The notes below the pieces were generated by a model. It saw only the letters and a list, made by a program, of their open reading frames with translations. It was not told the origin of the DNA and searched no databases. From a virus (lineage: Duplodnaviria; Caudoviricetes), in IMG/VR virus record IMGVR_UViG_3300031965_000060, positions 1 to 44,301 of that record: 44,301 nt of DNA. One strand, written 5' to 3'. The position numbers and the translations under genes are program-made. Every line of letters starts with the position of its first letter. Position 1 is the stretch's first letter. Below, piece by piece: positions 16,698 to 27,094 of this stretch.

Positions 16698-18142
16698 TCA
16701 CTCGGCGACGGGATCGGGATCGATTGGTTCAGGCGATCCAATTTTCTTCCGATTATGTTTGCTGCGTCGATGACGGCGTCAAGCCGTGCATCGCTTTCTG
16801 CCGTTTCGGGGCCTTCGCCTCGAATTGCGAGATTTTTAGTTTCCATCGCTTGCTGGATGACGTCTTCGGGGTCGACTGTTAGGCCCGCGCGTAAATCGTT
16901 GATCAACCCGAACCCCAAAGAAGTCGTCGGATCTTCCGCACGGACGCGGATGAGAAGTTCTTTCAAATGCGCCTGGAGGGCTGCGCGTTGCGAGTGTTTC
17001 TCGGCGGAGAAGGCTTGCCCGGCCGCCAACTGTTGATAAAAGATTTCGTCTTGAATCGATGCCGTTTCGGCTTGCGAGCGGACGATTTCCCGATACGTCC
17101 TTCGCTGCCCCTCTACGTTTGGAAAAGTCGCGATGTTTTCCTGGTACGTCTGCCAAACGGGAGAATTTGGGTCGAGAATCGCCGTAATTGCACCCTGGGC
17201 GACCGCCTCGAATCCCTGGCCGTCGCCAATAAACTCCGCCGCCAAGGCAGGATCCGCTTGAAGTTGCGCGATGACTTCCCGAGGCGTGCCTTGGATCTCT
17301 TTCGCTTTCGAAAACGCTTTCATCTTTTTGAAAAATGCGATCGTCGCCGTCCGTGACTGGTCGCCGGTCGTATCGTTCATCGCCGTGCTCAGGGTTGCAA
17401 AAACGGCCCCGGCGGTTTCCGGTGCTGCGCCGCCCTTCTCGACTCCAGGGCCGACGGGGCCTAAAACCGCCCTCGTCACATTTTGCGCGATATACTTCTG
17501 GTCCGTGATAGACGCTTGCTGGGCCACGGAAAAGAGAAAGCCAAAATTTGCTTCCGGGTCTGTCTGCCCCGTCGCCAATGCAAGGCCCTGTGCCCCCTGC
17601 GTCATTTGCATGGCCGTCGGACCTTGCGCAGCCAGTGGCAACGCTTTGAATGCAGCACGCGGGAATTCGAGCGCCTCCGCGGGAGTGAGATTGCCCTTCG
17701 AAGAAATGGCCCCGCCGATCGCATTCCGCGCGTCTGCGGGGGACACACCCATGCCCACAAAGTCGCCCACGGCACGATGCACCATTGTTTTTTCGGCGCT
17801 GGTTAGTCCGACGATGTTCATATTCAGCGCGGCCGACGCAACCGCGCCGGGGCGGGCCAACTGCTCGAGTTCTTTGCCGAGCCGGAGTTGCCGCTCTTGT
17901 TCCTGCGTGACGGCTTGAATCACGGTCCGCAAACTCACATATCCGGCGACCATCCCGGCGAGATTCGTGATTCCCTTCTCGAACCCTTTATTCGATTTCT
18001 CCGAACCTTTGGTACTTTCGTCGCTCGTCTTGCGCATCTCTTCGCGCAGCTTGGCGATCTCGCGCTGCTGGCGCGCGAGCGCTTGCTGCATCGCTTTGTC
18101 GTCGGTGGTCCACTGCGCGACGATCTTTGCCACGGCCTGCAC
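16694..18142 (-). CDS. Tape measure protein (short, 482 aa)
   Basis: Ala/Gln-rich helical protein with N-terminal coiled coil, directly after the frameshifted chaperone. Confidence 0.8.
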   Translation of the reverse strand: MQAVAKIVAQWTTDDKAMQQALARQQREIAKLREEMRKTSDESTKGSEKSNKGFEKGITNLAGMVAGYVSLRTVIQAVTQEQERQLRLGKELEQLARPGAVASAALNMNIVGLTSAEKTMVHRAVGDFVGMGVSPADARNAIGGAISSKGNLTPAEALEFPRAAFKALPLAAQGPTAMQMTQGAQGLALATGQTDPEANFGFLFSVAQQASITDQKYIAQNVTRAVLGPVGPGVEKGGAAPETAGAVFATLSTAMNDTTGDQSRTATIAFFKKMKAFSKAKEIQGTPREVIAQLQADPALAAEFIGDGQGFEAVAQGAITAILDPNSPVWQTYQENIATFPNVEGQRRTYREIVRSQAETASIQDEIFYQQLAAGQAFSAEKHSQRAALQAHLKELLIRVRAEDPTTSLGFGLINDLRAGLTVDPEDVIQQAMETKNLAIRGEGPETAESDARLDAVIDAANIIGRKLDRLNQSIPIPSPSE

Positions 18143-18296
18143 CTAAAAGTAAACGTTTGTTTGTTGCCGATCGATTCCGATCGATTCCAACGCGAGAACC
18201 AACTCGCCGCGGCTCGGCCGATGTCCGGGAAGCCGGCCGTTCACCCAGGCGTAATACTCGGCGGCTCCGCGGTTCAGGGATCGCCGCTTTTTTTTT
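18143..18296 (-). CDS. -1 frameshift extension of tail assembly chaperone (gpGT-like)
   Basis: Slippery A9G run (18287-18296) 4 codons before the chaperone stop; -1 frame open to 18143 (KRRSLNRGAAEYYAW...), abutting TMP. Confidence 0.75.
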
Positions 18297-19017
18297 GAGC
18301 CGCCTCCACCGATTGATAGAGCGGCACGTCGACCGAACATGCCAGAATCGTGTACCAGTTCGACGTGTCGACCACACCCAGAATCGATTGTTCGATGAGG
18401 CCGAATCGGTAATTCACCCCAAGGATGCGAACACACCGGGCGAGCATTTCTGGCATGTTCTCTTTCGCAAACTGCTTTTCTGACGACGGGCCTTCGTCGG
18501 CAAAGCAAAACGCCACGTCATCCGCCGACGCTTCCCACAGGTCGCGGTAGCGTGACTTCACCGGCGTGAGCACTCGCCCGTCCGCGGTCGGCACCATGTC
18601 CGATGGCAGGCACGTCGAGTCATCCTGCCGGCGCAGAATCGGCACGGTCCAGGTGTGGCCGTCGCCGAGCGGAACCGGATACCCGGCGATCCGTTCGGGC
18701 CGCGCAAGATCGTCTGGCGTCGGTCGATCGGTTCGGTCGACGCCGATCCATAATCCGTCTTGCCACTGCGTCCACGTTTGCACGTCGTGATAATAACCAA
18801 AACGTCGCGGCTCCGTCGCACTCGCGGCAACGACGACTCCCGACGCATCGCCCGGGCCGCGGTCGACATTCGAGAGCATGACGTGTTCCGGCGAGCGCAC
18901 GCAATCGCCGAAGACGTCGCCGAGTCCGCGATCGTTCAGGATCGACAACACGACGTCGCCTCGCGGCGCAAGTTGTTCGCGTCGGATGTTTTTCAAAAAA
19001 TAGAGCGGGGCCGCCAT
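18274..19017 (-). CDS. Tail assembly chaperone (gpG-like)
   Basis: Between tail tube and TMP, ends QKKSGDP at the slippery site. Confidence 0.75.
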   Translation of the reverse strand: MAAPLYFLKNIRREQLAPRGDVVLSILNDRGLGDVFGDCVRSPEHVMLSNVDRGPGDASGVVVAASATEPRRFGYYHDVQTWTQWQDGLWIGVDRTDRPTPDDLARPERIAGYPVPLGDGHTWTVPILRRQDDSTCLPSDMVPTADGRVLTPVKSRYRDLWEASADDVAFCFADEGPSSEKQFAKENMPEMLARCVRILGVNYRFGLIEQSILGVVDTSNWYTILACSVDVPLYQSVEAAQKKSGDP

Positions 19018-19031
19018 CGGATCTCCGTGAG

Positions 19032-19940
19032 TTAGGCTGGGTAAGACGTGTCGAAAACAAAGACGTCGTTCGTTTCATCGATCGCGCGCGGCGTAACGGT
19101 GAACGTCGCGCCGGCCGCGCTGTTGTCGCCGCCGCCGGCGGTTTCCGACGGCCGGATGATCCCATTCTTCGTTTGGATGCGCACGCCGCCGCTCGTTTCG
19201 TTCACGCCGTCGCTGGCCTTCTTGCGCATCCAGAGATCGACGCCGTTGGCTCCGTCGAGCGCGAGGCCGTCGAGTCCGACGGTCGGCACAAAATACGGAG
19301 TCATCATCTCGATCGAGATCGACGGCGTGCTCTGCCGCAATCCGGCGAACGTCGGCCACGGCTCGCCGTCCGACGAAACCACGTTGACCTCGTGTCCGAA
19401 TTCAACAACGAAGCGCGAGACGCCCGCGAGTGTCGTGCCGTTGACCTTGCCGAAACCAAGGGTAAACAGTTCCTCCGTGGCGAACGATCCACTGAGCGCT
19501 ACGCTGGCCACGGGCACAACCGGTTCGTTGATCCCGTCGTAAATGATAATGAGTCGGCAGTCGGCCATCGCCAACCCGCGATGCGTGCATGTGATCCGAT
19601 CGACGATCAACATGCACTGTTGAATCCGCTCGTTATAGTGTGCCGACGACGCATACGACGTCCGGACGCCGAGCAATGCGCCTGCTTGGTATTGCAAGTG
19701 GGTCACGTCCCCCGATAAATCGATGACCGTCCCTAATGCAAGCAACTTGGCGATTTGCGAGCATTCGAACGACACGACCGGATCCTGACTTTGAAGCGCC
19801 ACAAAATGCGGGTTCACGACGCCGGCCCCACGATGCACGACCATTTGACTCGCCGGCGTCATCCGCGCCGAAGAGATTTGGTTGAGCGCCCCAATATCCG
19901 ACGCGATGCCGACCAGTGTGTAGAGATTTGAAATGGACAT
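19032..19940 (-). CDS. Major tail (tube) protein
   Basis: 302 aa beta-rich protein, AGGAG SD, position before the chaperone; no sheath gene seen. Confidence 0.7.
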   Translation of the reverse strand: MSISNLYTLVGIASDIGALNQISSARMTPASQMVVHRGAGVVNPHFVALQSQDPVVSFECSQIAKLLALGTVIDLSGDVTHLQYQAGALLGVRTSYASSAHYNERIQQCMLIVDRITCTHRGLAMADCRLIIIYDGINEPVVPVASVALSGSFATEELFTLGFGKVNGTTLAGVSRFVVEFGHEVNVVSSDGEPWPTFAGLRQSTPSISIEMMTPYFVPTVGLDGLALDGANGVDLWMRKKASDGVNETSGGVRIQTKNGIIRPSETAGGGDNSAAGATFTVTPRAIDETNDVFVFDTSYPA

Positions 19941-19957
19941 GATGCAAGCTCCTATGT

Positions 19958-20452
19958 TTAGCCGCGCGTGCGGCCCTTGTTTCGATCGATTTCGACCTGC
20001 GCCGTCGCGTCGCCGATTTTTGCCATCGCCGCCGCTTCGTCCGGCAATGTCTTGGTAATCTCCGCGGCCTTGTCTGGCTGGTTGCTTTGAAATGGTCGCA
20101 TCGAGATGTAGCGCGGCCCGAACATCTCGACGGAAAAACGGGTCGCGTACGCGCGGATGAGACGGCCCGACATGAGCAGGTCGCGCATGTTGCCAGTGTA
20201 AACGTTATCGATTTCGCCGCCGCCTTCGACGCCGCGGTTGCCTTTCTTGGCTTCGCGCATTTTCCGCTCGCGCCACTTTTTGCTTCGGGGCTTATGACCG
20301 TATCGCCGGCGGGCGCTCTTTGTGAAATGCCGCGGCAGGACGCGCTGTTGCCAGTAGTCGCCCATTTTCGTATGCGCCGCTTTGGCGATGCGCCGCCATG
20401 CCCGCTTCGAGAGCATGCCTTCGGTCGATAGTCGGATGCGAACGGGAAACAT
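19958..20452 (-). CDS. Tail completion/neck protein
   Basis: Basic 164 aa protein with NVYTGNMRD motif similar to HK97 gp10/Mu gpG types. Confidence 0.65.
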   Translation of the reverse strand: MFPVRIRLSTEGMLSKRAWRRIAKAAHTKMGDYWQQRVLPRHFTKSARRRYGHKPRSKKWRERKMREAKKGNRGVEGGGEIDNVYTGNMRDLLMSGRLIRAYATRFSVEMFGPRYISMRPFQSNQPDKAAEITKTLPDEAAAMAKIGDATAQVEIDRNKGRTRG

Positions 20453-23400
20453 TACATCACGCCAATTTCGAATGTGAATTTACAGAGCCAAAATTGCCAG
20501 CCGGCGGACTGTCGCTCGGGTGGCGGATATTGCGGGGGAATCTGCATTTCGTAACTGTCGATGTTCAGCCGGCCCGGCTTCCCTGCCATCGACAGAATGT
20601 CCTCTAACACCTGGCCCGCGAACGTCTCAAATATCTCCGTACTCCGTTGCAAGTCGCCCGGCGCTCGATCGTCGTCACACAACATCAGTTCCAGCGTCCA
20701 TTCGTGATGGATGATGTTGCGCCCGTCCGAAGCCCGGCCGAACGGGGCGTCCGCTTGTCCGGACCGCACGCCGCTCTCTGGAATCTGAATCACGGCGAAC
20801 GGCCGCGCAGCCGACGGGAACCCGTCATGATCCCACAACGTTTTGTTCGGCCGGTGAATGCGCGCCAGGACGTCTTGCGTCGTTGCGCGGCGCCCGAGTT
20901 GCGCTCTGAATCGCCCACTTCCTGCGACCATGTTACGCAGCACGTCGGCCGGTCGGGCGATCGGACCGGCCGGCGCTTCGACAAACAACCGGCGGATCAA
21001 TTCGTTGTCCATGATGTCGCTTCCTTGGCCGGGCGGCAGTGCCGAATGAAACCAGGCGCCGTAGTCGGTCGACTCGACCAATGCCGCGGGGACGGTCACG
21101 GTCGCGCCCGATGCCAGCGTGATGGTTGAGACGTCGTCGACGACTTCGACCGTCGCGCCGGGCTCCCACGCGAATATCCAATGCCGGCCATTCTTGGCGT
21201 TACATACGACATACAAGCACTCGCACGTTTGCAGGTCGATCGGGTCAATCGGGCCGGCCACGATGTCCGCGTTCGTCGGCGACGCAACCGGAACCACGGT
21301 GACCGCGTACGGAACGCGCGATTCAAACTCAACCGCGGCGTCGCTTGACGCGGTTTGCTCATCGTCGGTTACGCTGTCGGTCCACTCGACGCCCTCGCCC
21401 ATCCCGGCGTTGTGGATGACAGGTCCGCCGCTGGCCGCTCGATATTGCTGGATCGTCCCGCCGCTGGCCAAGCTAAACCATCGCAACAGTTTCGCGTAGT
21501 CGGTCCCAACAAACCCGTTGTAGGGATACTCAAAATCGAGTCCGACGTACGGGTGAACCGGATACGTGCCAGACAGCCACGCGGTTCTGTGCGTCGACCA
21601 GATCGACCGGAACGCCGACCAGCCGATCGCCGTCGATAGAAACACGGCGCTCGTCCCAAGCTGATCTTCTTGAACCAATGCAACATCTTCGCGATCATCC
21701 AGCCACGAAATCGACACCACATTGCCCGCGCCGTCGGGCGAGCCGATCGCGCTCACTTCCCATCCGGCTTGTCCCGTAGCCTGGTCGCCCTCGAATAGAT
21801 CGTCGTATGCCGTGCTCGGGACACCGTACTTGCCGAGCAACACTCGATCTCCGACGGCGATGCCGTCGAAGCATTGCAGGTTTCCGCGCCTTCGATCCGA
21901 CGCCTGGAGCGCGGCCGAGGGACACGTGACCGTTGTGACTCCGTCCGTTCGAACCGCACTCGCGAGTCGAACGTGACTCGCCGGCGACGTGGTTGCGTTG
22001 TGCTCGGCGAGCGGGACGATCCGGCGCGCGTCGGTTTCCGCCTGACCTCCGTAGTCTGATGTGAATACCCCAAGGTCGTGTGCCTGGACCAACGTCTGCG
22101 TTTGCGAACCGAATGGCCGATACAGCACGGGAGATTGTGTGCCTCCGACGATGTTGCCGACGCTTCGCGGGGCATGGCCTCCGCTGATCCCGCCGACGTA
22201 ATGAATCTTTTGTCGGAGCGTGTGTAAATGCGACGCGAAATTGCTCACCGTGCAATCCGGCCAGCGCGATTGGAACACTTGCGTTACGACCGCATCGACA
22301 AACTCGTCGAGCAAATCGGTTGCCGCGCCCGATACGATCGACGCTTCGTCCATGAGCGAAAGCCAGGAATAGGCATCGCCGAAATTCGTGACCACGTCGG
22401 CGCGCAGCCGGGAGGACCAGTTGTCCGCGAACTCGTCGCTCGCGGCGAACGCGAGACAGATTGCCTCGTGGATCGCGTTGCGCTCGCCGGCGTCCGTGAC
22501 CATCGCGGCCGTCACGCCTCCCCAGCGATGGCTCAGCGCGAAGGCCGTTGTTCCGGTCCGCTCCAGGTCAGCCAGCACCCAATCAACGTGCTGCCCCAGC
22601 GCGTCGAGCGCATCACACCAGGAGCCGATTTGAGCCGCGAGGTACGCTGTGCGCACCGTGTTCGATCCCGTGCCCGTCGTAAACTGCTTGCCGGCCGGTC
22701 CGACGAGCGGGAATGTCCCGTCGGCCAACACGGTGTCCCAAACGCGGTCGTGCGCCGTAATCAACTCATTGTGCCGCGTGACGGTGAACGACGGCGATCC
22801 GCTCACCGCCTCGACGACAAGTGCCTCCTCGTACGATGTTTCGGAGTGATACCCGGCCGATGTCTGACCTTCGCCGTCGATCGCAACATTGGCCAGCCGA
22901 TTCGGCCCCGTAAACGCGATTTCCAGCACATCAACCGTCGATGCCCACACTCCGACGTCGTCGTAGCCGTCGGGCAAAATTGCAAGAACCTCCTCGCGCA
23001 CAATCACGCGGAGTTGATCGCCGTCGTCGAGCGCGGCAGCCGTCGGGAGTGTTGCATCGATCGCGTTGGTCCAGCTCGAAAATCCGCCCACTCCGTCCGG
23101 CAGCCGGAGACGAAACGTATCGCCCGGCGAGTGGGCGAGTCGCGTGAGTTTTTGGTAGAACATCGCCGGGTACACGTAATTCGGCACGATGACGTGCATG
23201 TGTCCGAGCGAGTTTTGTGCGGTCCAGTAGTCGACGATTTCGGACGGAGAAAACGAGAGTCTTAGAAGTCCGTTTGAGTTGACGAGCTTGACTGTCTGCG
23301 AAAGACACAGCCGGCCGTCGGGCGGACGGGCCGCTGCCGGCGCGGCGGATGTGATGGGGAAGTGCGGAACGTAGTGTGTTTTCGCCTCGGTCGATCCGCC

Positions 23401-23835
23401 TCCGACAACATCGGCCAGGCCAATCCAAACGAGCGTTGCGTCGGTCAACCAAGACTCCCGATTCGCGGCGAAGTCGGCGGCGAGCGTATCAATCACGCTA
23501 TCGACCAGGCCGTCCGCATCGTCGCCCAGTTCGTTCCCGTCCCGCGCACCCGCGAGCAGTTGTAAGACGCCGTAGGGTGTCAGATCGTCGACGGCAAGCT
23601 GTAGTTGCTGTTTGCCGATCGCCGTCGTTGCGACATCCGCATCGGAAATCAAGCCGAGCGTTTCGAGTCGATCGAGAAATTCAGCGGGCGGCATGTAGTA
23701 CATCGCGTGCCGAAACGTGTAGTCCGCCGGATCAAGCGGCGCAACATAGGGTGTGAGATCGACCTCGACGGGTGCCGCGGCCGGCGATGCCGAAAATGCG
23801 CGATAGATCAGAGATAACAGGCCGCGAAATGCCAT
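20452..23835 (-). CDS. Large virion protein with C-terminal tail-terminator-like domain
   Basis: 1127 aa ORF; last 186 aa (from MDNEL, possible internal start 21012 after AAGGAAG) has PFAVI...WTLELML...FTFEIG, terminator-like. Confidence 0.65.
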   Translation of the reverse strand: MAFRGLLSLIYRAFSASPAAAPVEVDLTPYVAPLDPADYTFRHAMYYMPPAEFLDRLETLGLISDADVATTAIGKQQLQLAVDDLTPYGVLQLLAGARDGNELGDDADGLVDSVIDTLAADFAANRESWLTDATLVWIGLADVVGGGSTEAKTHYVPHFPITSAAPAAARPPDGRLCLSQTVKLVNSNGLLRLSFSPSEIVDYWTAQNSLGHMHVIVPNYVYPAMFYQKLTRLAHSPGDTFRLRLPDGVGGFSSWTNAIDATLPTAAALDDGDQLRVIVREEVLAILPDGYDDVGVWASTVDVLEIAFTGPNRLANVAIDGEGQTSAGYHSETSYEEALVVEAVSGSPSFTVTRHNELITAHDRVWDTVLADGTFPLVGPAGKQFTTGTGSNTVRTAYLAAQIGSWCDALDALGQHVDWVLADLERTGTTAFALSHRWGGVTAAMVTDAGERNAIHEAICLAFAASDEFADNWSSRLRADVVTNFGDAYSWLSLMDEASIVSGAATDLLDEFVDAVVTQVFQSRWPDCTVSNFASHLHTLRQKIHYVGGISGGHAPRSVGNIVGGTQSPVLYRPFGSQTQTLVQAHDLGVFTSDYGGQAETDARRIVPLAEHNATTSPASHVRLASAVRTDGVTTVTCPSAALQASDRRRGNLQCFDGIAVGDRVLLGKYGVPSTAYDDLFEGDQATGQAGWEVSAIGSPDGAGNVVSISWLDDREDVALVQEDQLGTSAVFLSTAIGWSAFRSIWSTHRTAWLSGTYPVHPYVGLDFEYPYNGFVGTDYAKLLRWFSLASGGTIQQYRAASGGPVIHNAGMGEGVEWTDSVTDDEQTASSDAAVEFESRVPYAVTVVPVASPTNADIVAGPIDPIDLQTCECLYVVCNAKNGRHWIFAWEPGATVEVVDDVSTITLASGATVTVPAALVESTDYGAWFHSALPPGQGSDIMDNELIRRLFVEAPAGPIARPADVLRNMVAGSGRFRAQLGRRATTQDVLARIHRPNKTLWDHDGFPSAARPFAVIQIPESGVRSGQADAPFGRASDGRNIIHHEWTLELMLCDDDRAPGDLQRSTEIFETFAGQVLEDILSMAGKPGRLNIDSYEMQIPPQYPPPERQSAGWQFWLCKFTFEIGVM

Positions 23836-24920
23836 TACGAAATGCCCGTGATCGGGTCGGCCCCGGCGTCCACCGTGATCGTGTACGTTTGAAACGTGCT
23901 ATCGTCGGAAGGCTTCGATGCCGTCAGCGTGGTGCCGCTGATCGACGAGTTGGTCCCGATGATGACCATTGCGCCGACCGAGTGTTTGGCGGCCGTGTCT
24001 TCTACGTTGGTTACGTCGCGATTCAGTAGCGCATCGGCAATTTGGTTTGCCGTTGCGGATGAAAGAACAACGCCGCCTGTACCCGTGTCCGCGAGGATCA
24101 GGTCAACGACGGCATCTACATCATCAACGCTCGTCTGCGATGCACGCGCATCAAGGATTAGATCGAGTCGGCCGCCGTTCGCCCAATCCGTTTGCAATTC
24201 ATTCGTATCGGTGACGGTGGCCGCTGTATCGATCTTGACCTGTGCAATATCGGCCGACATATCCGCGCCGACCGGAGTTCCCAAAATAGCAAGCACTTCG
24301 TCTTTGTCAGCCGTTGCTTCGGTTCGCGTCGGCGGGTCGTAGGCGTTGAGCGCGTCGGTCGCTTCACTCTGAACTTCCGCGTTCCAAGCGGCGTTCCACG
24401 GGATTGCAGTCAGTCCGTCGCCGGCGGTTCCAATTTGCGTTGTGAGCGATGAAAGCGATGCCGTATGGTCCGCCGTCTGCGCCGTGTGGCCGTCGAGTGT
24501 GTTGACTTTCGTTAGATCGCCGTCTGCCTCGACGCCGAGTGTTCGGCCGGCGGTGGATGGTCGCAGGTTGAAGCCGAGAGAGAAAGTGTAAATGAAACGC
24601 ACCGTCTGACTATCGACGGTCACGGCGTCAACGACGAGCCAATAGAACGTACCCGCCGCGTAGAATCCGGCGTCGCTGTTGTCGGAAAAATCGACGGAGA
24701 AGCCGTGTATACCGACTCGGCCGTCTAGGTCGATGCCGTCCGTATCGATGAGGGAAATACCGTTGTCGCTGGCACGCTGCGTCATCGAGACGCCGGAGTA
24801 GATTTCAACGTCCGTGACCGCCAGCCCGGTAATTGTGACCGACGCACCCGCCGAATCATACGCGGGGAACGGGAACGGCACGACTTCGCCGAGCGGTAAA
24901 TCGCCAAAAGGACAAAGCAT
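23835..24920 (-). CDS. Virion structural/appendage protein
   Basis: N-terminal beta domain, Thr/Ala/Asp-rich stalk, C-terminal DAGADPITGIS. Confidence 0.7.
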   Translation of the reverse strand: MLCPFGDLPLGEVVPFPFPAYDSAGASVTITGLAVTDVEIYSGVSMTQRASDNGISLIDTDGIDLDGRVGIHGFSVDFSDNSDAGFYAAGTFYWLVVDAVTVDSQTVRFIYTFSLGFNLRPSTAGRTLGVEADGDLTKVNTLDGHTAQTADHTASLSSLTTQIGTAGDGLTAIPWNAAWNAEVQSEATDALNAYDPPTRTEATADKDEVLAILGTPVGADMSADIAQVKIDTAATVTDTNELQTDWANGGRLDLILDARASQTSVDDVDAVVDLILADTGTGGVVLSSATANQIADALLNRDVTNVEDTAAKHSVGAMVIIGTNSSISGTTLTASKPSDDSTFQTYTITVDAGADPITGIS

Positions 24921-24926
24921 CGATCG

Positions 24927-25412
24927 CTACCCTTCGTCTGCGATGTCGAGTTGCGCTGCGGTATTCGCATCGCTGAGGATTTTGCTTGCGGCGGTCACGG
25001 CTTGGTGGTTGCGCATCGCGAGGGCCTTGTGTCGGGTTGCTCGGGCCTCTGCGATGTTCAGCGCTTCCTTCGTCACGCCCAGTTGCGACGCAAGGCTTTC
25101 GATCGTGTCCTGTAGCCTCTTGATCGTGTCCGCGTGCTTCAAGGACTCATTGCGGAGCGCGAGCGTGCTGGCCTTGGCCTCTTCGCAATCTTTGCGGTGA
25201 ACGGCCTTGCTTTGCTCTAGCGAATCGCTCAACGTCGTAATCGTCCGGCCTTGTTCGGCGAGCTTTTCGTCTCGCAACTTCGCGTCGGTGAGCGCTGCAA
25301 TGAACGACGCCGCGAGTTCATCCGCTGGACATTTCTTGCACGCTTCCACGTGCTCGCCGGCGTTCTCTTTCAGCGCCTCCGCCGATAGGTTTTTGATTTC
25401 GTGCAGCTTCAT
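24927..25412 (-). CDS. Coiled-coil protein
   Basis: 161 aa heptad-rich ORF with AAGGA SD. Confidence 0.7.
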   Translation of the reverse strand: MKLHEIKNLSAEALKENAGEHVEACKKCPADELAASFIAALTDAKLRDEKLAEQGRTITTLSDSLEQSKAVHRKDCEEAKASTLALRNESLKHADTIKRLQDTIESLASQLGVTKEALNIAEARATRHKALAMRNHQAVTAASKILSDANTAAQLDIADEG

Positions 25413-25426
25413 TGTTTTTCCTTGTG

Positions 25427-26713
25427 TTACGAAACGAGTGTGCCGCCGATGAGTGGCGCGTGAATTCGTGTTCCGCCGATCAGGCGAACCGCCCCACCCG
25501 CCGGCACTAGGTCCGCCGCTTCAAACGTGTCCGCAAACCAAGCGAGGTTCGTTCCTGTGTGATACACCCCAGCCTGCACACCTGATCCGATCGCCGTGTC
25601 CGTGATCGACTCCGCCTCCAATCCATCGTGATGGCTGGAAATCGTGCTCCCGTCCGCCTGGATTTTGTTGGTGCTGTTTCTGTCTCTCGTTGTGCCCGTC
25701 CCTAGATCGGTAAATGTGCCGGACACAACCTTGCTGATCCGGTAGACCGTCGGATCGACGCCGCCGAAATGGCGTGCCACGTACGCCGTTTCCGCCGCAC
25801 CCGAAAATCGTATCGCGGGACTGACGTGCCTCGCCGTATTAGAGCTACCGCCGGAGGTAAGGTGTTGCGCGTAAGCGTCGGCGCCGGACAGCACCGAGTC
25901 ACATCGGATGCTTGCAAGTGTGACACCTGCCGACTCGTTGCGGAGGAGGCCGCTCGCGACCCCCATGTCATTCGTCACTTCCGTCCATGCGTGATCTTGC
26001 CCTGACGATAATGTTGTCCCATCCGTCGGCCATGACTCCGTAATCGTCGTTGCAGGGGGCAACGGCGTTTCATCGGGGACCGTTGCCCCCTGAAACCATC
26101 GATAATTCAGGCCGTACTTTGCGACATAATATCCGAGAATCTTTCTGTGATGATCCGGCGGTAGTGCCCCACCGATCGCGTCGTTGCGCGCCTCCTCGTA
26201 GACACGACGCAAAAAATTCTGCACCGGGGTCGAGTCGGCGTCTGATGCGCGAAACGGCTTGCTGGCCACAACGATCGATCCAAGCGACACCTCAAACCTT
26301 CGTCGAGTCGTCGGGATCAACGGCAGGCATCGTGCGTCGCCGGTCGGGTCGGATTGGTGTGTGAGTGCCTCCCAAATCAGTTGATCGAGCGTCGCCGCGG
26401 CGCTCGCGCGTGGAAACCCGAGGCGCGAGGCGACGCGGTTTCGCAGGCCGGATGCGATCGACGCATCCCACTGGGTGCCAAGATTGTCATAGTCCGCATC
26501 GAGCAAGGCGCCGTCCGGCAAGACGAATAGCGCACTGCCGGCAGGAATGGACCGCTGCGCGCATTGGGGAATGGAGCGCAAATCCAGCGCGCCGACGCAC
26601 CCGTCCGGCGCAGACCACGAGCCGTCGCCCTCGGGCGATGCTCGCCACTCCCACGGTCCAATCCATATGCGCGTCACGCTTGCATTGCCTTCACTCAAGA
26701 ATTCGAAAATCAA
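25427..26713 (-). CDS. Virion protein with C-terminal beta-sandwich domain
   Basis: 428 aa ORF; lectin-like C-terminal half; exact start uncertain. Confidence 0.65.
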   Translation of the reverse strand: MIFEFLSEGNASVTRIWIGPWEWRASPEGDGSWSAPDGCVGALDLRSIPQCAQRSIPAGSALFVLPDGALLDADYDNLGTQWDASIASGLRNRVASRLGFPRASAAATLDQLIWEALTHQSDPTGDARCLPLIPTTRRRFEVSLGSIVVASKPFRASDADSTPVQNFLRRVYEEARNDAIGGALPPDHHRKILGYYVAKYGLNYRWFQGATVPDETPLPPATTITESWPTDGTTLSSGQDHAWTEVTNDMGVASGLLRNESAGVTLASIRCDSVLSGADAYAQHLTSGGSSNTARHVSPAIRFSGAAETAYVARHFGGVDPTVYRISKVVSGTFTDLGTGTTRDRNSTNKIQADGSTISSHHDGLEAESITDTAIGSGVQAGVYHTGTNLAWFADTFEAADLVPAGGAVRLIGGTRIHAPLIGGTLVS

Positions 26714-26731
26714 TCACGACCGGGCCGGACA

Positions 26732-27094
26732 TCACGACTGCCGTTTCGTCGTTTCGAGCACATCGCAAAACCGGTTCAGCGTCGCGTCGAATTTGTCCAC
26801 TTCTTCTTTCCGCGTCGATTTTTCCTCTAGCAACATTCGCTCGTAGAACTCTAGCTGACTATGGAATTGTTTGTCGTGCGCCTGCCGCTGCGCTTGAAAT
26901 TGTTCGGTATGCCGCTTCTCGATCGCCGGGTTCGACTTGCACGTCGTGTACCACAAATACCAAACCAGCGCAGCGCTCGCGGTGAACGTGCCATAAGGGA
27001 ACGTTTTCGTTAAACCGTCCATCGCGATGAGCGCTGGGACGGCAGGCCAGAGCTTGATGGAAATACCCCAGAGGGTGGCGAGCATGTCATTCAT
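26732..27094 (-). CDS. Holin-like membrane protein
   Basis: Hydrophobic N-terminus, TM FTASAALVWYLWY, charged coiled-coil C-terminus; ATGA-coupled. Confidence 0.55.
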   Translation of the reverse strand: MNDMLATLWGISIKLWPAVPALIAMDGLTKTFPYGTFTASAALVWYLWYTTCKSNPAIEKRHTEQFQAQRQAHDKQFHSQLEFYERMLLEEKSTRKEEVDKFDATLNRFCDVLETTKRQS

